Source: Acidimicrobiia bacterium
GTDB lineage: Bacteria; Actinomycetota; Acidimicrobiia; Acidimicrobiales; Iamiaceae
Length of the DNA: 31,451 bases
Reading direction: 5' to 3'
Assembly (NCBI GenBank): GCA_019247975.1
Contig: JAFBAD010000050.1
Location: forward strand, 1-31,451
Position 1 is the stretch's first letter. The number at the start of each line of letters is the position of its first letter. The notes under the pieces are model-generated. The model saw only the letters and a program-made list of their open reading frames with translations, ran no database searches and was not told where the DNA came from. Position numbers and translations under genes: made by a program. Shown here in pieces: positions 18,141 to 25,826 of the stretch.

Positions 18141-18202
18141 GTTCCGGCGATGTCTCTCTGACCTTCACCCGCAGGACACCTGACGGCCATGGGCGGTTCG
18201 AC
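18141..18202 (+). promoter_or_regulatory. PHO-box-like array upstream of phoX
   Basis: Units in 11-nt phase: GTTCCGG 18141, CTTCACC 18163, GGACACC 18174 and GTTCGAC 18196. Confidence 0.55.
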
Positions 18203-18268
18203 GGGAGCTGCCAACGTGCGCCGCGAGCGCCGGCCACGGGGTTGGCGCCGAAGCTGGGAGGAGACCTG

Positions 18269-19861
18269 GTGCAGAAGAAGCGACTTCGACGACGGATGGC
18301 CGCGGCGGTCGCGGTGCCGGCGGCGGCAGCGGTGGTGTTCGGCGCCTGCTCGCCGTTGAGCGTCACCGGGCCGAACTCGGCGACGGCGCCGTACGTCCAT
18401 GGCGTGGCCAACGACACGATCGTGCGGTCGCTGCTCACCGTGAACGACGCCAAGTCCACCGACGACGGCTACGAGCTCGTCGGCATCCCCGACGGCCTCG
18501 GGGCCACGACGGACGACAACGGCAACATCGTGCTCGACATGAACCACGAGCTCACCTCGGACAAGGGCATCGCCCGGCTGCACGGTGAGCGGGGCGCGTT
18601 CGTGTCCCAGTTCGTGATCGACCCGAGCAACCGCCACGTCCTGAGCGGCCGCGACCTCATCGAGCCCGGCGTGGAGTACTGGGACTACCTCGACCACAGC
18701 TACGACGACACCGCGCCGGCCGCCGGCACCCGCACGTCCGACGGCAAGCAGTTCCCGGCCTACCTGAACGCCTTCGGCCGGTTCTGCTCGTCGAGCCTCA
18801 CGGCCCCAGGGCAGCTGTTCAACCCGCTGTCGGGTCGTGGCTACACCGGCCAGATCTACTTCGCCAACGAGGAGACCGGCGACGAGGGCCGGGTGTTCGG
18901 TGTCTCGGAGGACGGCCAGGCCCGGCAGCTGCCGCGGCTCGGGCTCGCGTCCTGGGAGAACACCAACGTGGCGTCCACGCCGAACTCGGACGCGACGGTC
19001 GTCGTCGGCGACGAGGACAGCGCGGACGGCCAGCTCTGGCTCTACGCGGGCCGCAAGGTCGCGGCCGGCGGTGCCTTCCAGCGGGCCGGGCTGCTCAACG
19101 GCACGCACTACGCGGTCACGCTGAACGACGGCAACGACGCCACGACCGACCCGGCGAACGACGCGCAGTTCCGGGCGGCGTACAACAAGGGTGACGCGGT
19201 TCCGTTCACGCTGACCACCGTGGGCTCGGACCAGTCCGGCGCCGACCAGAACGCCGAGGCGAAGAGCGAGGGCCTGAGCCTCAACCGCATCGAGGACGGC
19301 GCCTTCGATCCGTCGAACCCGAACGACTACTACTTCGTCACCACCGAAGGCGGCGAGGGAACGACGGACGGCGGAGGCGGCGGCCTGTGGCGGCTCCGCT
19401 TCACGGACGTGGCTCACCCGCAGCAGGGCGGCACGCTCACGTTGCTGCTCGACGGCACGGAGTCGATCGGCCTCAACAAGCCCGACAACATCGCCATCGA
19501 TGCGAACGGCAACATGATGATCCAGGAGGACCCGGGCGCGGACGACTCGGTCGCTCGCATCGTCGCCTACCGCATCAGCGATGGCGCAACCGGTGTCGTG
19601 GCCCAGTTCAACCTGGATCAGTTCGACCCGAGCGTCGGCAGCCCGAACTTCATCACCAACGACGAGGAGACGTCGGGCATCATCGACGCCAGCGACACCC
19701 TCGGCGACGGCAACTGGTTGTTCTCGGTGCAGGTGCACTCCACCAAGGGGCTCGCGTCCGGGAACGGCGAGGGCACGGTCGAGGAGTACGTCGAGAACGG
19801 GCAGCTCGACCAGCTCACGATCAACAACTACGACGAGGTCTACGGGTCCAACCCGACCTGA
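18269..19861 (+). CDS. phoX: PhoX-family (DUF839) alkaline phosphatase, predicted lipoprotein
   Basis: RFCSS, SWEN, RIEDG, KPDNI..D.NGNMMIQED, ETSGIID and VQVH motifs; lipobox VFGAC. GTG at 18269 follows GGGAGGAG. Confidence 0.8.
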   Translation: MQKKRLRRRMAAAVAVPAAAAVVFGACSPLSVTGPNSATAPYVHGVANDTIVRSLLTVNDAKSTDDGYELVGIPDGLGATTDDNGNIVLDMNHELTSDKGIARLHGERGAFVSQFVIDPSNRHVLSGRDLIEPGVEYWDYLDHSYDDTAPAAGTRTSDGKQFPAYLNAFGRFCSSSLTAPGQLFNPLSGRGYTGQIYFANEETGDEGRVFGVSEDGQARQLPRLGLASWENTNVASTPNSDATVVVGDEDSADGQLWLYAGRKVAAGGAFQRAGLLNGTHYAVTLNDGNDATTDPANDAQFRAAYNKGDAVPFTLTTVGSDQSGADQNAEAKSEGLSLNRIEDGAFDPSNPNDYYFVTTEGGEGTTDGGGGGLWRLRFTDVAHPQQGGTLTLLLDGTESIGLNKPDNIAIDANGNMMIQEDPGADDSVARIVAYRISDGATGVVAQFNLDQFDPSVGSPNFITNDEETSGIIDASDTLGDGNWLFSVQVHSTKGLASGNGEGTVEEYVENGQLDQLTINNYDEVYGSNPT

Positions 19862-19881
19862 CCTCGCCAGCAGCACACGGT

Positions 19882-19986
19882 CTCGGCCGGGCCACGCGGA
19901 AGGCCCGGCCGAGCACGGCTCCCGCACTCCCGTCGCCGGAGCCGAACCAGGAGCGAGGCCCGCGCCACGGACCGCGGGCCTCGCTT
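19882..19986. terminator. Tandem hairpins between convergent genes (probable bidirectional terminator)
   Basis: CTCGGCCGGGCC-n8-GGCCCGGCCGAG (19882-19913) and GAGCGAGGCCCGCG-n8-CGCGGGCCTCGCTT (19951-19986). Confidence 0.65.
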
Positions 19987-20011
19987 CGCGTCTGGGCCCG
20001 GTTCGGGGTGG

Positions 20012-20566
20012 TCAGCGTCCGACGGCGCGCCAGCCGTCGAACGCGAAGCCGGAGCTCTCGAGGGTCGAGAAGAACGCGAGCACCGGTTCGAGCACGCTGC
20101 CGAGCTCGTCCAGGCCGAGGCCCGCGACGCGGGTGCCCTCGGGGCCGAACGTGCAGCGGCGCGGGTCATCACGCAGATCGATCACCGCGGCCGACCGCCG
20201 GATCACGTCGCGCCGGCGTACGGCGCGACCCGTCGGGACGGCCTCGCGCAGCGTGGAGATGGCCTCGACGAGATCGACCGGCGCCTCGCCCGACGGCCAG
20301 CGTCCCGTCGCCGGAGTGAGCTCGTCGAGCACGCGCGCCAGGTTCGACAGGGCGAGCATGCACAGCTCTGCGTCGCTCCGCAGCGCGAGGAAGCGGGACC
20401 GACCACCGGGCTGCTCGTCCTCGTCACAGAGCAACGCCCGCTCGTGGTAGCGGAGCCGGCGCACCTGCTGCGAGGCGGCCCACGCCCACTGCAGCCCGGC
20501 GTCGACCGCTCCCATGCGACGTTCGACGTCGGCCGCTGTCGTCATCCCTCGTACCACTGCAACCAC
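20012..20566 (-). CDS. Hypothetical protein
   Basis: The only plausible ORF in this gap. It has a GGGGAG RBS-like sequence and a TAGCTT -10-like hexamer (20594-20599) upstream. ATG at 20545 is an alternative start. No family recognised. Confidence 0.55.
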   Translation of the reverse strand: MVAVVRGMTTAADVERRMGAVDAGLQWAWAASQQVRRLRYHERALLCDEDEQPGGRSRFLALRSDAELCMLALSNLARVLDELTPATGRWPSGEAPVDLVEAISTLREAVPTGRAVRRRDVIRRSAAVIDLRDDPRRCTFGPEGTRVAGLGLDELGSVLEPVLAFFSTLESSGFAFDGWRAVGR

Positions 20567-20626
20567 GACTCCCCGACCCCTCGGACCGGATCGAAGCTAC
20601 GCGGCCTCGCGGGGGCCACGGCCGGG

Positions 20627-20655
20627 GATCGCCGGAACTTCACCCGACGTTCACC
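20627..20655 (+). promoter_or_regulatory. PHO-box-like array with no convincing protein gene downstream on the same strand
   Basis: GATCGCC 20627, CTTCACC 20638 and GTTCACC 20649 in exact 11-nt phase. Confidence 0.7.
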
Positions 20656-20730
20656 GTCGCGCTGCGCTGGAGACGAACGGCTCCGGCAGCGTGGTCGCAC
20701 CGGGTGGTGCGGACCCCGCCCGATGGCGAT

Positions 20731-20766
20731 CGTGGCCCTTGCCTACTGGGGGAGGCAAGGGCCACG
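20731..20766. terminator. Perfect 14-bp hairpin overlapping the phnZ stop
   Basis: CGTGGCCCTTGCCT-ACTGGGGG-AGGCAAGGGCCACG. Confidence 0.65.
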
Positions 20767-21306
20767 GCGCGCTCGCTCCAGGAGCGGCACGTGGCGGTCG
20801 AAGGTCCCGACGTCGAGGCCGTCGACCTTGCCGAGGTCGTCCCAGCGCCGCAGCGACACCGCTTCGGCGAAGCCGGGGCGAGCCTCGAAGTCGCGGCACT
20901 CCGCAGCCGTCATCGGGCCACCCTGGAGCTCGAGGCTGCGGGTCGAGCCGGCCGAGAGCCCGCCCGCGTACGAGGCGTCGGTGGCGCAGAGGTACCGCTT
21001 GGCCTGGACGTGGAGCGAGATCGGCGCAGTGACCCCGTCGTCGAACATCTCGGACAGGTACGCCGCGCCGGTGCGCTCGTGGCGCCGGTCGACCGGGCCG
21101 GTCGCGTCGGCACCGGCCTGCAGCTCGAGCAGGTGCCCGACATCGTGCAGCAGCGCGGCCGCCACGAGCCCGTCCCCGGCACTCTCGCGCTCGGCGAGCG
21201 CGGCGGTCTGCAGCGCGTGGGCGAGCTGGCTCAGCTCCTCGTCGTAGTGCTCGGCTCCCCAGCGCTCGTACAGCGCGTGGATCTCCTCGATCGATCCTGC
21301 GGTCAC
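20743..21306 (-). CDS. phnZ: HD-domain oxygenase, PhnZ-like (oxidative C-P cleavage)
   Basis: SQLAHALQTA, AALLHDVGH, HERTG, LHVQAKRYL, S..SLELQGGPM and RRWDDLGK. GTGA overlap with phnY. Confidence 0.8.
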   Translation of the reverse strand: MTAGSIEEIHALYERWGAEHYDEELSQLAHALQTAALAERESAGDGLVAAALLHDVGHLLELQAGADATGPVDRRHERTGAAYLSEMFDDGVTAPISLHVQAKRYLCATDASYAGGLSAGSTRSLELQGGPMTAAECRDFEARPGFAEAVSLRRWDDLGKVDGLDVGTFDRHVPLLERARRGPCLPQ

Positions 21307-22067
21307 GTGACCGGCCGGCCCTGGAAGTCGCCGATCAACGAGACCCGGACGCCGTCGGCCGCGTCGCCGGCCGCCGCGAACTCGGCGAGCTTCTGGCGGT
21401 AGTACGACTCACGCAGGTCACCCTCGCGAGCGGCGTTGTACGTCGGGTACAGCGCCCGGCGCGGCACCGGGGACCGGTTGGGCCCGCTGCGGTGCGGCGT
21501 GCGGGAGTGGAACCACAGCGTGTCGCCGGCCTGCACCGGGACGGCGGTCCACTCCATCTCCTCGACCACGTCGGATGCGATGCACCCGGCCTCATCGGTG
21601 GGCAGCAGCTCCTGGTGGCGGCCCGACACCACCTCGAGGCAGCCGTTGTCGATCGACGCGTCGTCCACCGCGACCATGCACGAGACGTGGCTCTCGACGA
21701 ACCGGTAGGCCGGCGCGTCCTGGTGCGGCGCGTACCCTGCGCCACCGGCCAGCTTGTAGTTGATCTTCTCCTTGTAGAGCACCGCCGGCTCGCCGAGCAG
21801 CGCCGACGCGGTGTCCACCATGGGCCCGGTCGTGAGCAACGTGCGCAGCCCGTCCTGGAACGGCACGAAGTTCTCGCTGCGGCACAGCTTCGGGCCGTCG
21901 TCGGTCATCTCGCGGTACTGCAACCAGTCCCCGGCGCCTTCGGCCCACCCCGACACCTCGTCGACCCAGGAGCGGAGGTCCGTCACCCGCTCGGCGTCGT
22001 CGCCCCGCAGGAGCAGCCAGCCGTACCGCGCGAAGTGCTCGACGTCTGCTCGATCCACCGGTTGCAC
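21303..22067 (-). CDS. phnY: Fe(II)/2-oxoglutarate dioxygenase (PhyH family), PhnY*-like
   Basis: LYKEKINYKLAGGAGYAPHQD (HxD), NGCLEV, HSRTPHRSGPN (distal His) and RRALY. Coupled to the PhnZ-like gene. Confidence 0.78.
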   Translation of the reverse strand: MQPVDRADVEHFARYGWLLLRGDDAERVTDLRSWVDEVSGWAEGAGDWLQYREMTDDGPKLCRSENFVPFQDGLRTLLTTGPMVDTASALLGEPAVLYKEKINYKLAGGAGYAPHQDAPAYRFVESHVSCMVAVDDASIDNGCLEVVSGRHQELLPTDEAGCIASDVVEEMEWTAVPVQAGDTLWFHSRTPHRSGPNRSPVPRRALYPTYNAAREGDLRESYYRQKLAEFAAAGDAADGVRVSLIGDFQGRPVT

Positions 22068-22107
22068 CCGCTCAGGATGCCACCGGGCGGTCCGATCGTG
22101 GCGTGGC

Positions 22108-22147
22108 CGTCACCGAGCGTTCACCCGTCGTACACGCCGCCGTTCCC
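22108..22147 (+). promoter_or_regulatory. Four-unit PHO-box-like array between divergent phnY and the DUF1624/418 gene
   Basis: CGTCACC 22108, GTTCACC 22119, GTACACG 22130 and CGTTCCC 22141. A GATACT -10-like hexamer lies at 22168 before ATG 22182; on the minus strand CATCCT lies 6 nt before the phnY GTG. Confidence 0.75.
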
Positions 22148-22181
22148 CCCGCATCGCGTCGACTGTCGATACTGCGCGGCG

Positions 22182-23285
22182 ATGGGCTCACGAGCAGCGC
22201 CGACCCGGCTGGCAGGGGTCGACCTGGCGCGCGCGATCGCGATGCTCGGGATGCTGATCGTCCACACGCTGGTCACGCCGCGGTCCGCGGGCGACCGGGC
22301 ACTCATCTGGGTGAACGTGTGGGTCGCACCCCTGTTCGTGCTCGTCGCCGGCGTCGGCCTGAGCCTCGGCTGGCAGCACCGGCGGACCACCCGGACGGGC
22401 GCGCTGGTCGTGGTCCGCGCCGCCGCGCTCCTCGTCATCGGCCTGCTCCTCGCCACCCAGTTCTACGGGGCGATCCTCCAGTACTTCGCGCTCTACTTCG
22501 TGCTCGGCGTGGTTGCGCTGCGCCTCGGCCGCCGAGCCCTGGTCGCGCTGGCCGGTGCCTGCCTGGTGATCGGCCCGCTCGTCATCACGTTCCTCGTGCA
22601 CACGGGCTCGATCACGCTCGGCGGCCACGCCGACAAGGGCCTGGGCGCGTTGGCCCACCCCGTCGATCTCCTCCGCGCGCTCTCCGTCGACGGCGTGTAC
22701 CCGGCGGTCGTGTGGTCGGGCTTCTTCTTCGCGGGCATGGCCCTCGGCCGCCTCGACCTCGACGACCCGCGCCTGGCCCATCGCCTCGCGTGCGGCGGTG
22801 CGCTGGTCGGCGCAACCGGCAGCTTCGTGGGCTGGGCCGGAGCCCGCGCCTTCGGGACCCGGCCGCTGGGCTGGACCCACCACTGGAGCGGCGCCGCGCA
22901 CTCCGAGTCGCTGACGTGGGCGGTGACCGCGGCAGGCATCGCCATCGCGATCCTCGGCGTCTGCCTGTCGTTCGTCCGCGGGTCCCGAGGGCGATCGGCG
23001 TGGCTGGCTCCGCCGATCGCCATCGGCCAGCTCGCGCTGACCTTCTACCTGGTGCACCTCTGGTACGCCGACACGCTCTGGACCGACATCCAGCCCCACG
23101 TCGGTTCCACGCCTGCGTACGTCCTCTCCACGTGCGCCTTCTTCCTCCTCTTCGGCGGCGCTGCGTGGCTCTGGCGGCGCACGTTCCGGCGGGGACCGGT
23201 CGAGGGCCTCGTCGACGGCGCGGCCCGCGCGCTCGTCAGACCCGAACCGCTCGAGACGAGGTCGCTCCGCTCAGTCCCGGTCTGA
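22182..23285 (+). CDS. Multi-pass membrane protein, DUF1624 (HGSNAT-like) / DUF418 family
   Basis: RLAGVDLARAIAMLGMLIVH, APLFVLVAGVGL, ILQYFALY, YPAVVW, GQLALTFYLVH and RRGPVE. The true start is ATG 22182, not 21492. Confidence 0.75.
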   Translation: MGSRAAPTRLAGVDLARAIAMLGMLIVHTLVTPRSAGDRALIWVNVWVAPLFVLVAGVGLSLGWQHRRTTRTGALVVVRAAALLVIGLLLATQFYGAILQYFALYFVLGVVALRLGRRALVALAGACLVIGPLVITFLVHTGSITLGGHADKGLGALAHPVDLLRALSVDGVYPAVVWSGFFFAGMALGRLDLDDPRLAHRLACGGALVGATGSFVGWAGARAFGTRPLGWTHHWSGAAHSESLTWAVTAAGIAIAILGVCLSFVRGSRGRSAWLAPPIAIGQLALTFYLVHLWYADTLWTDIQPHVGSTPAYVLSTCAFFLLFGGAAWLWRRTFRRGPVEGLVDGAARALVRPEPLETRSLRSVPV

Positions 23286-25787
23286 GGCGGGCGAACCGAG
23301 GCCGCTCACGAGGCTGTCGAGCACGCTCACGTCGTGGCCGTAGGTCAGGACGTCACGCGCGTCGTCGACCGGCAGCCAGCGGATCTGGTCGACCTCGTCG
23401 ATGGGGGTGAAGTTCCCGGTGATCGGCCGCATGCTCCAGTAACGGACCCGCTTCGGCCGGCCGTGGCGATCGCGGTAGGCGGTCGACGCCAGCTCCTCGC
23501 CGAGCTCGCAGCGCAGGCCGGTCTCCTCCTCCACCTCGCGCAGCGCACACGCCTCGTCGGTCTCGCCCTCGTCGCACTTCCCCTTCGGGTGCGACCAGTC
23601 GTCGTAGCGCGGCCGGTGGACCAGCAGGACCTCGACGCCCTGTTCGCCCTCCCGCCACACGACGCCGCCGGCAGCGCGGACCTCGCCGTCGTGGCCCTGC
23701 CGCGGACCCGGGCGGTCGAGCGCGTTCGACTCCTGGCGCCGTGAGCGGATGAGCGCGAGCTGCTGCAGGCGGCGGTGCGTGTCGACCGTGCCGCCGGGGT
23801 CGACGTGGTGCCACGAGCCGTCCGGCTCGAGCACCCACGCGAGCGTGTCGTCGTCCAGGTTCACGTCGAGCACCTCGCGCAGTCGGCGCTGCAGACCGGT
23901 GTCGGCGATCGGCACCAGCGCCTCGACCCGGCGGTCGAGGTTGCGGGGCATGAGGTCGGCCGACCCGATGTACATCGCGGTCGCGCCCTCGCCGGCGCCG
24001 TTGCCGAACAGGTAGATGCGGGAGTGCTCGAGGTAGCGGCCGACGATCGACCGCACCCGGATGCGCTCGGAGAGGCCGGGAACGCCCGGGCGCAGGCAGC
24101 AGATCCCCCGGATGACGAGGTCGATCTCGACGCCCGCGGCCGAGGCCTCATAGAGCAGGTCGATCATCGCCGGGTCGACGAGCGCGTTCATCTTCATGAT
24201 GATCCGGCCCGTGCCGGGCGGCGCCGCCATCTCGTTGCGGATGAGGTCCTCGATCCGGTGGCGCAACGTGTGCGGCGCGACGAGCAGCTTCCGGTAGCGG
24301 ACGTTGCGGCCGTACCCGGTGAGGTAGTTGAACAGCTGCGTGAGGTCGCTGCCCACGTCGGGGTCGGCGCTCAGCAGGCCCAGATCCTCGTAGACCTTCG
24401 CCGTCTTCTCGTTGTAGTTGCCGGTGCCGAGGTGGAAGTAGCGACGCACGCCGTCGCCCTCCTCGCGCACGACGAGCGCCGTCTTGGTGTGGGTCTTCAG
24501 CCCGACGAGGCCGTAGGTGACGTGCACGCCCGCCTCTTCGAGCGCGCGGGCCCACTCGATGTTGTTGGCCTCGTCGAAGCGCGCCTTCAGCTCGACCAGC
24601 GTGGCCACCTGCTTGCCTCGCTCCGCGGCGCGGATCAGCGACGTGATGATGCTGCTGTCGCCGGAGGTGCGGTACAGCGTGAGCTTGATCGTCAGGACCT
24701 TCGGATCAGCTGCGGCCTGGCGGATGAACTCGTCGACCGACGACGTGAACGAGTCGTACGGCAGGTGCACGAGCACGTCGCGGTCGGCCAGCGTCGCGAA
24801 CAGGTCGACCCGCTCCCCCTCCGCGGCCTGCAGCCGGGGCTGGGTGACCGCGACCCAGGGCTCGTCCTTGAGGTCCGGCCGGTCGAGATCCTGCAGGGCC
24901 CAGAGGCCGCCGAGGTCGAGCGGACCGGCCTGCTCGTAGACCGCCTCGTCGTCGAGGTCGAGCTCGCGCAGCAGCAGCGTGCGCACCTCGTCGGTCGCGT
25001 CGGAGGCGATCTCGAGGCGGACCGCGCGCCCGAAGCGCCGGCGCCGCAGCTCGATCTCGACCGCGGCCAGCAGGTCGTCGGCCTCCTCCTCCTCGAGGGT
25101 GAGGTCCGCGTTGCGGGTCACCCGGAAGGCGAAGTGCTCCTCGACGATCATCCCCGGGAAGAGCTGGTCGAGGTGGGCGGCGATCACCTGCTCGAGCGGC
25201 ACGAACCGCTCGCCGTCGGGCATGACGACGAACCGGGGCAGCACCTGCGGCACCTTGACCCGCGCGAACCGGCGCTCCTCGGTCACCGGGTCGCGCACGA
25301 TGACCGCGAGGTTCAGCGACAGCGTCGAGATGTATGGGAACGGGTGGCCCGGGTCGACCGCGAGCGGGGTGAGCACCGGGAAGATCCGGTTCTCGAACTC
25401 CTCGTCCATGTGCTTGCGGTCGTCCTCGTCGAGCTCGTCCCAGGCGGACAGCCGGATGCCGACCCTGGACAGCTCGGGCACGACCTCCTCGAGGAACACC
25501 CGCTCCATCCGCCGGACCAGCGAGCGGGTGCGGTCGGCGATCTCGAGGAGCTGCTGGGCGGGGGTGCGACCGTCAGGCGAGGTGCTGGAGAGGCCGGCCG
25601 CCACCTGGTCCATGAGCCCGGCCACCCGCACCTGGAAGAACTCGTCGAGGTTCTGGCTGGCGATGGCCAGGAACTTGGCCCGCTCGATGATCGGGACGCT
25701 CGAATCGCAGGCCAGGGCGAGCACCCGCTCGTCGAAGTCGATCCATGAGAGCTCGCGGTTCAGCAGCCGATCGGGCCCGTGGTCCAC
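23271..25787 (-). CDS. ppk1: Polyphosphate kinase 1 with in-frame C-terminal Nudix hydrolase domain
   Basis: NRELSWIDF, NLDEFFQVRVAGL, HPFPYIS, ELKARFDEANN, LKTHTK, HLGTGNYN, RYLEHSR and SADLMPRNLDRRVE, followed by a full Nudix box GKCDEGETDEACALREVEEETGL. Confidence 0.95.
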   Translation of the reverse strand: MDHGPDRLLNRELSWIDFDERVLALACDSSVPIIERAKFLAIASQNLDEFFQVRVAGLMDQVAAGLSSTSPDGRTPAQQLLEIADRTRSLVRRMERVFLEEVVPELSRVGIRLSAWDELDEDDRKHMDEEFENRIFPVLTPLAVDPGHPFPYISTLSLNLAVIVRDPVTEERRFARVKVPQVLPRFVVMPDGERFVPLEQVIAAHLDQLFPGMIVEEHFAFRVTRNADLTLEEEEADDLLAAVEIELRRRRFGRAVRLEIASDATDEVRTLLLRELDLDDEAVYEQAGPLDLGGLWALQDLDRPDLKDEPWVAVTQPRLQAAEGERVDLFATLADRDVLVHLPYDSFTSSVDEFIRQAAADPKVLTIKLTLYRTSGDSSIITSLIRAAERGKQVATLVELKARFDEANNIEWARALEEAGVHVTYGLVGLKTHTKTALVVREEGDGVRRYFHLGTGNYNEKTAKVYEDLGLLSADPDVGSDLTQLFNYLTGYGRNVRYRKLLVAPHTLRHRIEDLIRNEMAAPPGTGRIIMKMNALVDPAMIDLLYEASAAGVEIDLVIRGICCLRPGVPGLSERIRVRSIVGRYLEHSRIYLFGNGAGEGATAMYIGSADLMPRNLDRRVEALVPIADTGLQRRLREVLDVNLDDDTLAWVLEPDGSWHHVDPGGTVDTHRRLQQLALIRSRRQESNALDRPGPRQGHDGEVRAAGGVVWREGEQGVEVLLVHRPRYDDWSHPKGKCDEGETDEACALREVEEETGLRCELGEELASTAYRDRHGRPKRVRYWSMRPITGNFTPIDEVDQIRWLPVDDARDVLTYGHDVSVLDSLVSGLGSPASDRD

Positions 25788-25826
25788 GGGGCCAACGGTA
25801 CCGGCCGGGTCAACGCCGTGGTCCGG

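Noticed and set aside
16718-19927. 1069-aa minus-strand ORF, and similar long ORFs such as 8167-10830, 5196-7016, 8952-10883, 23775-25748 and 13874-region antisense frames
   Set aside because: These are shadow ORFs opposite or out of frame with motif-supported genes. Their R/G/A/P-rich or antisense-type composition is typical of high-GC DNA with few stop codons.
25808-25814. Single GTTGACC heptamer upstream of ppk1
   Set aside because: It has no phased partner unit. The nearby TACCGT suggests a leaderless promoter, but Pho control cannot be claimed.
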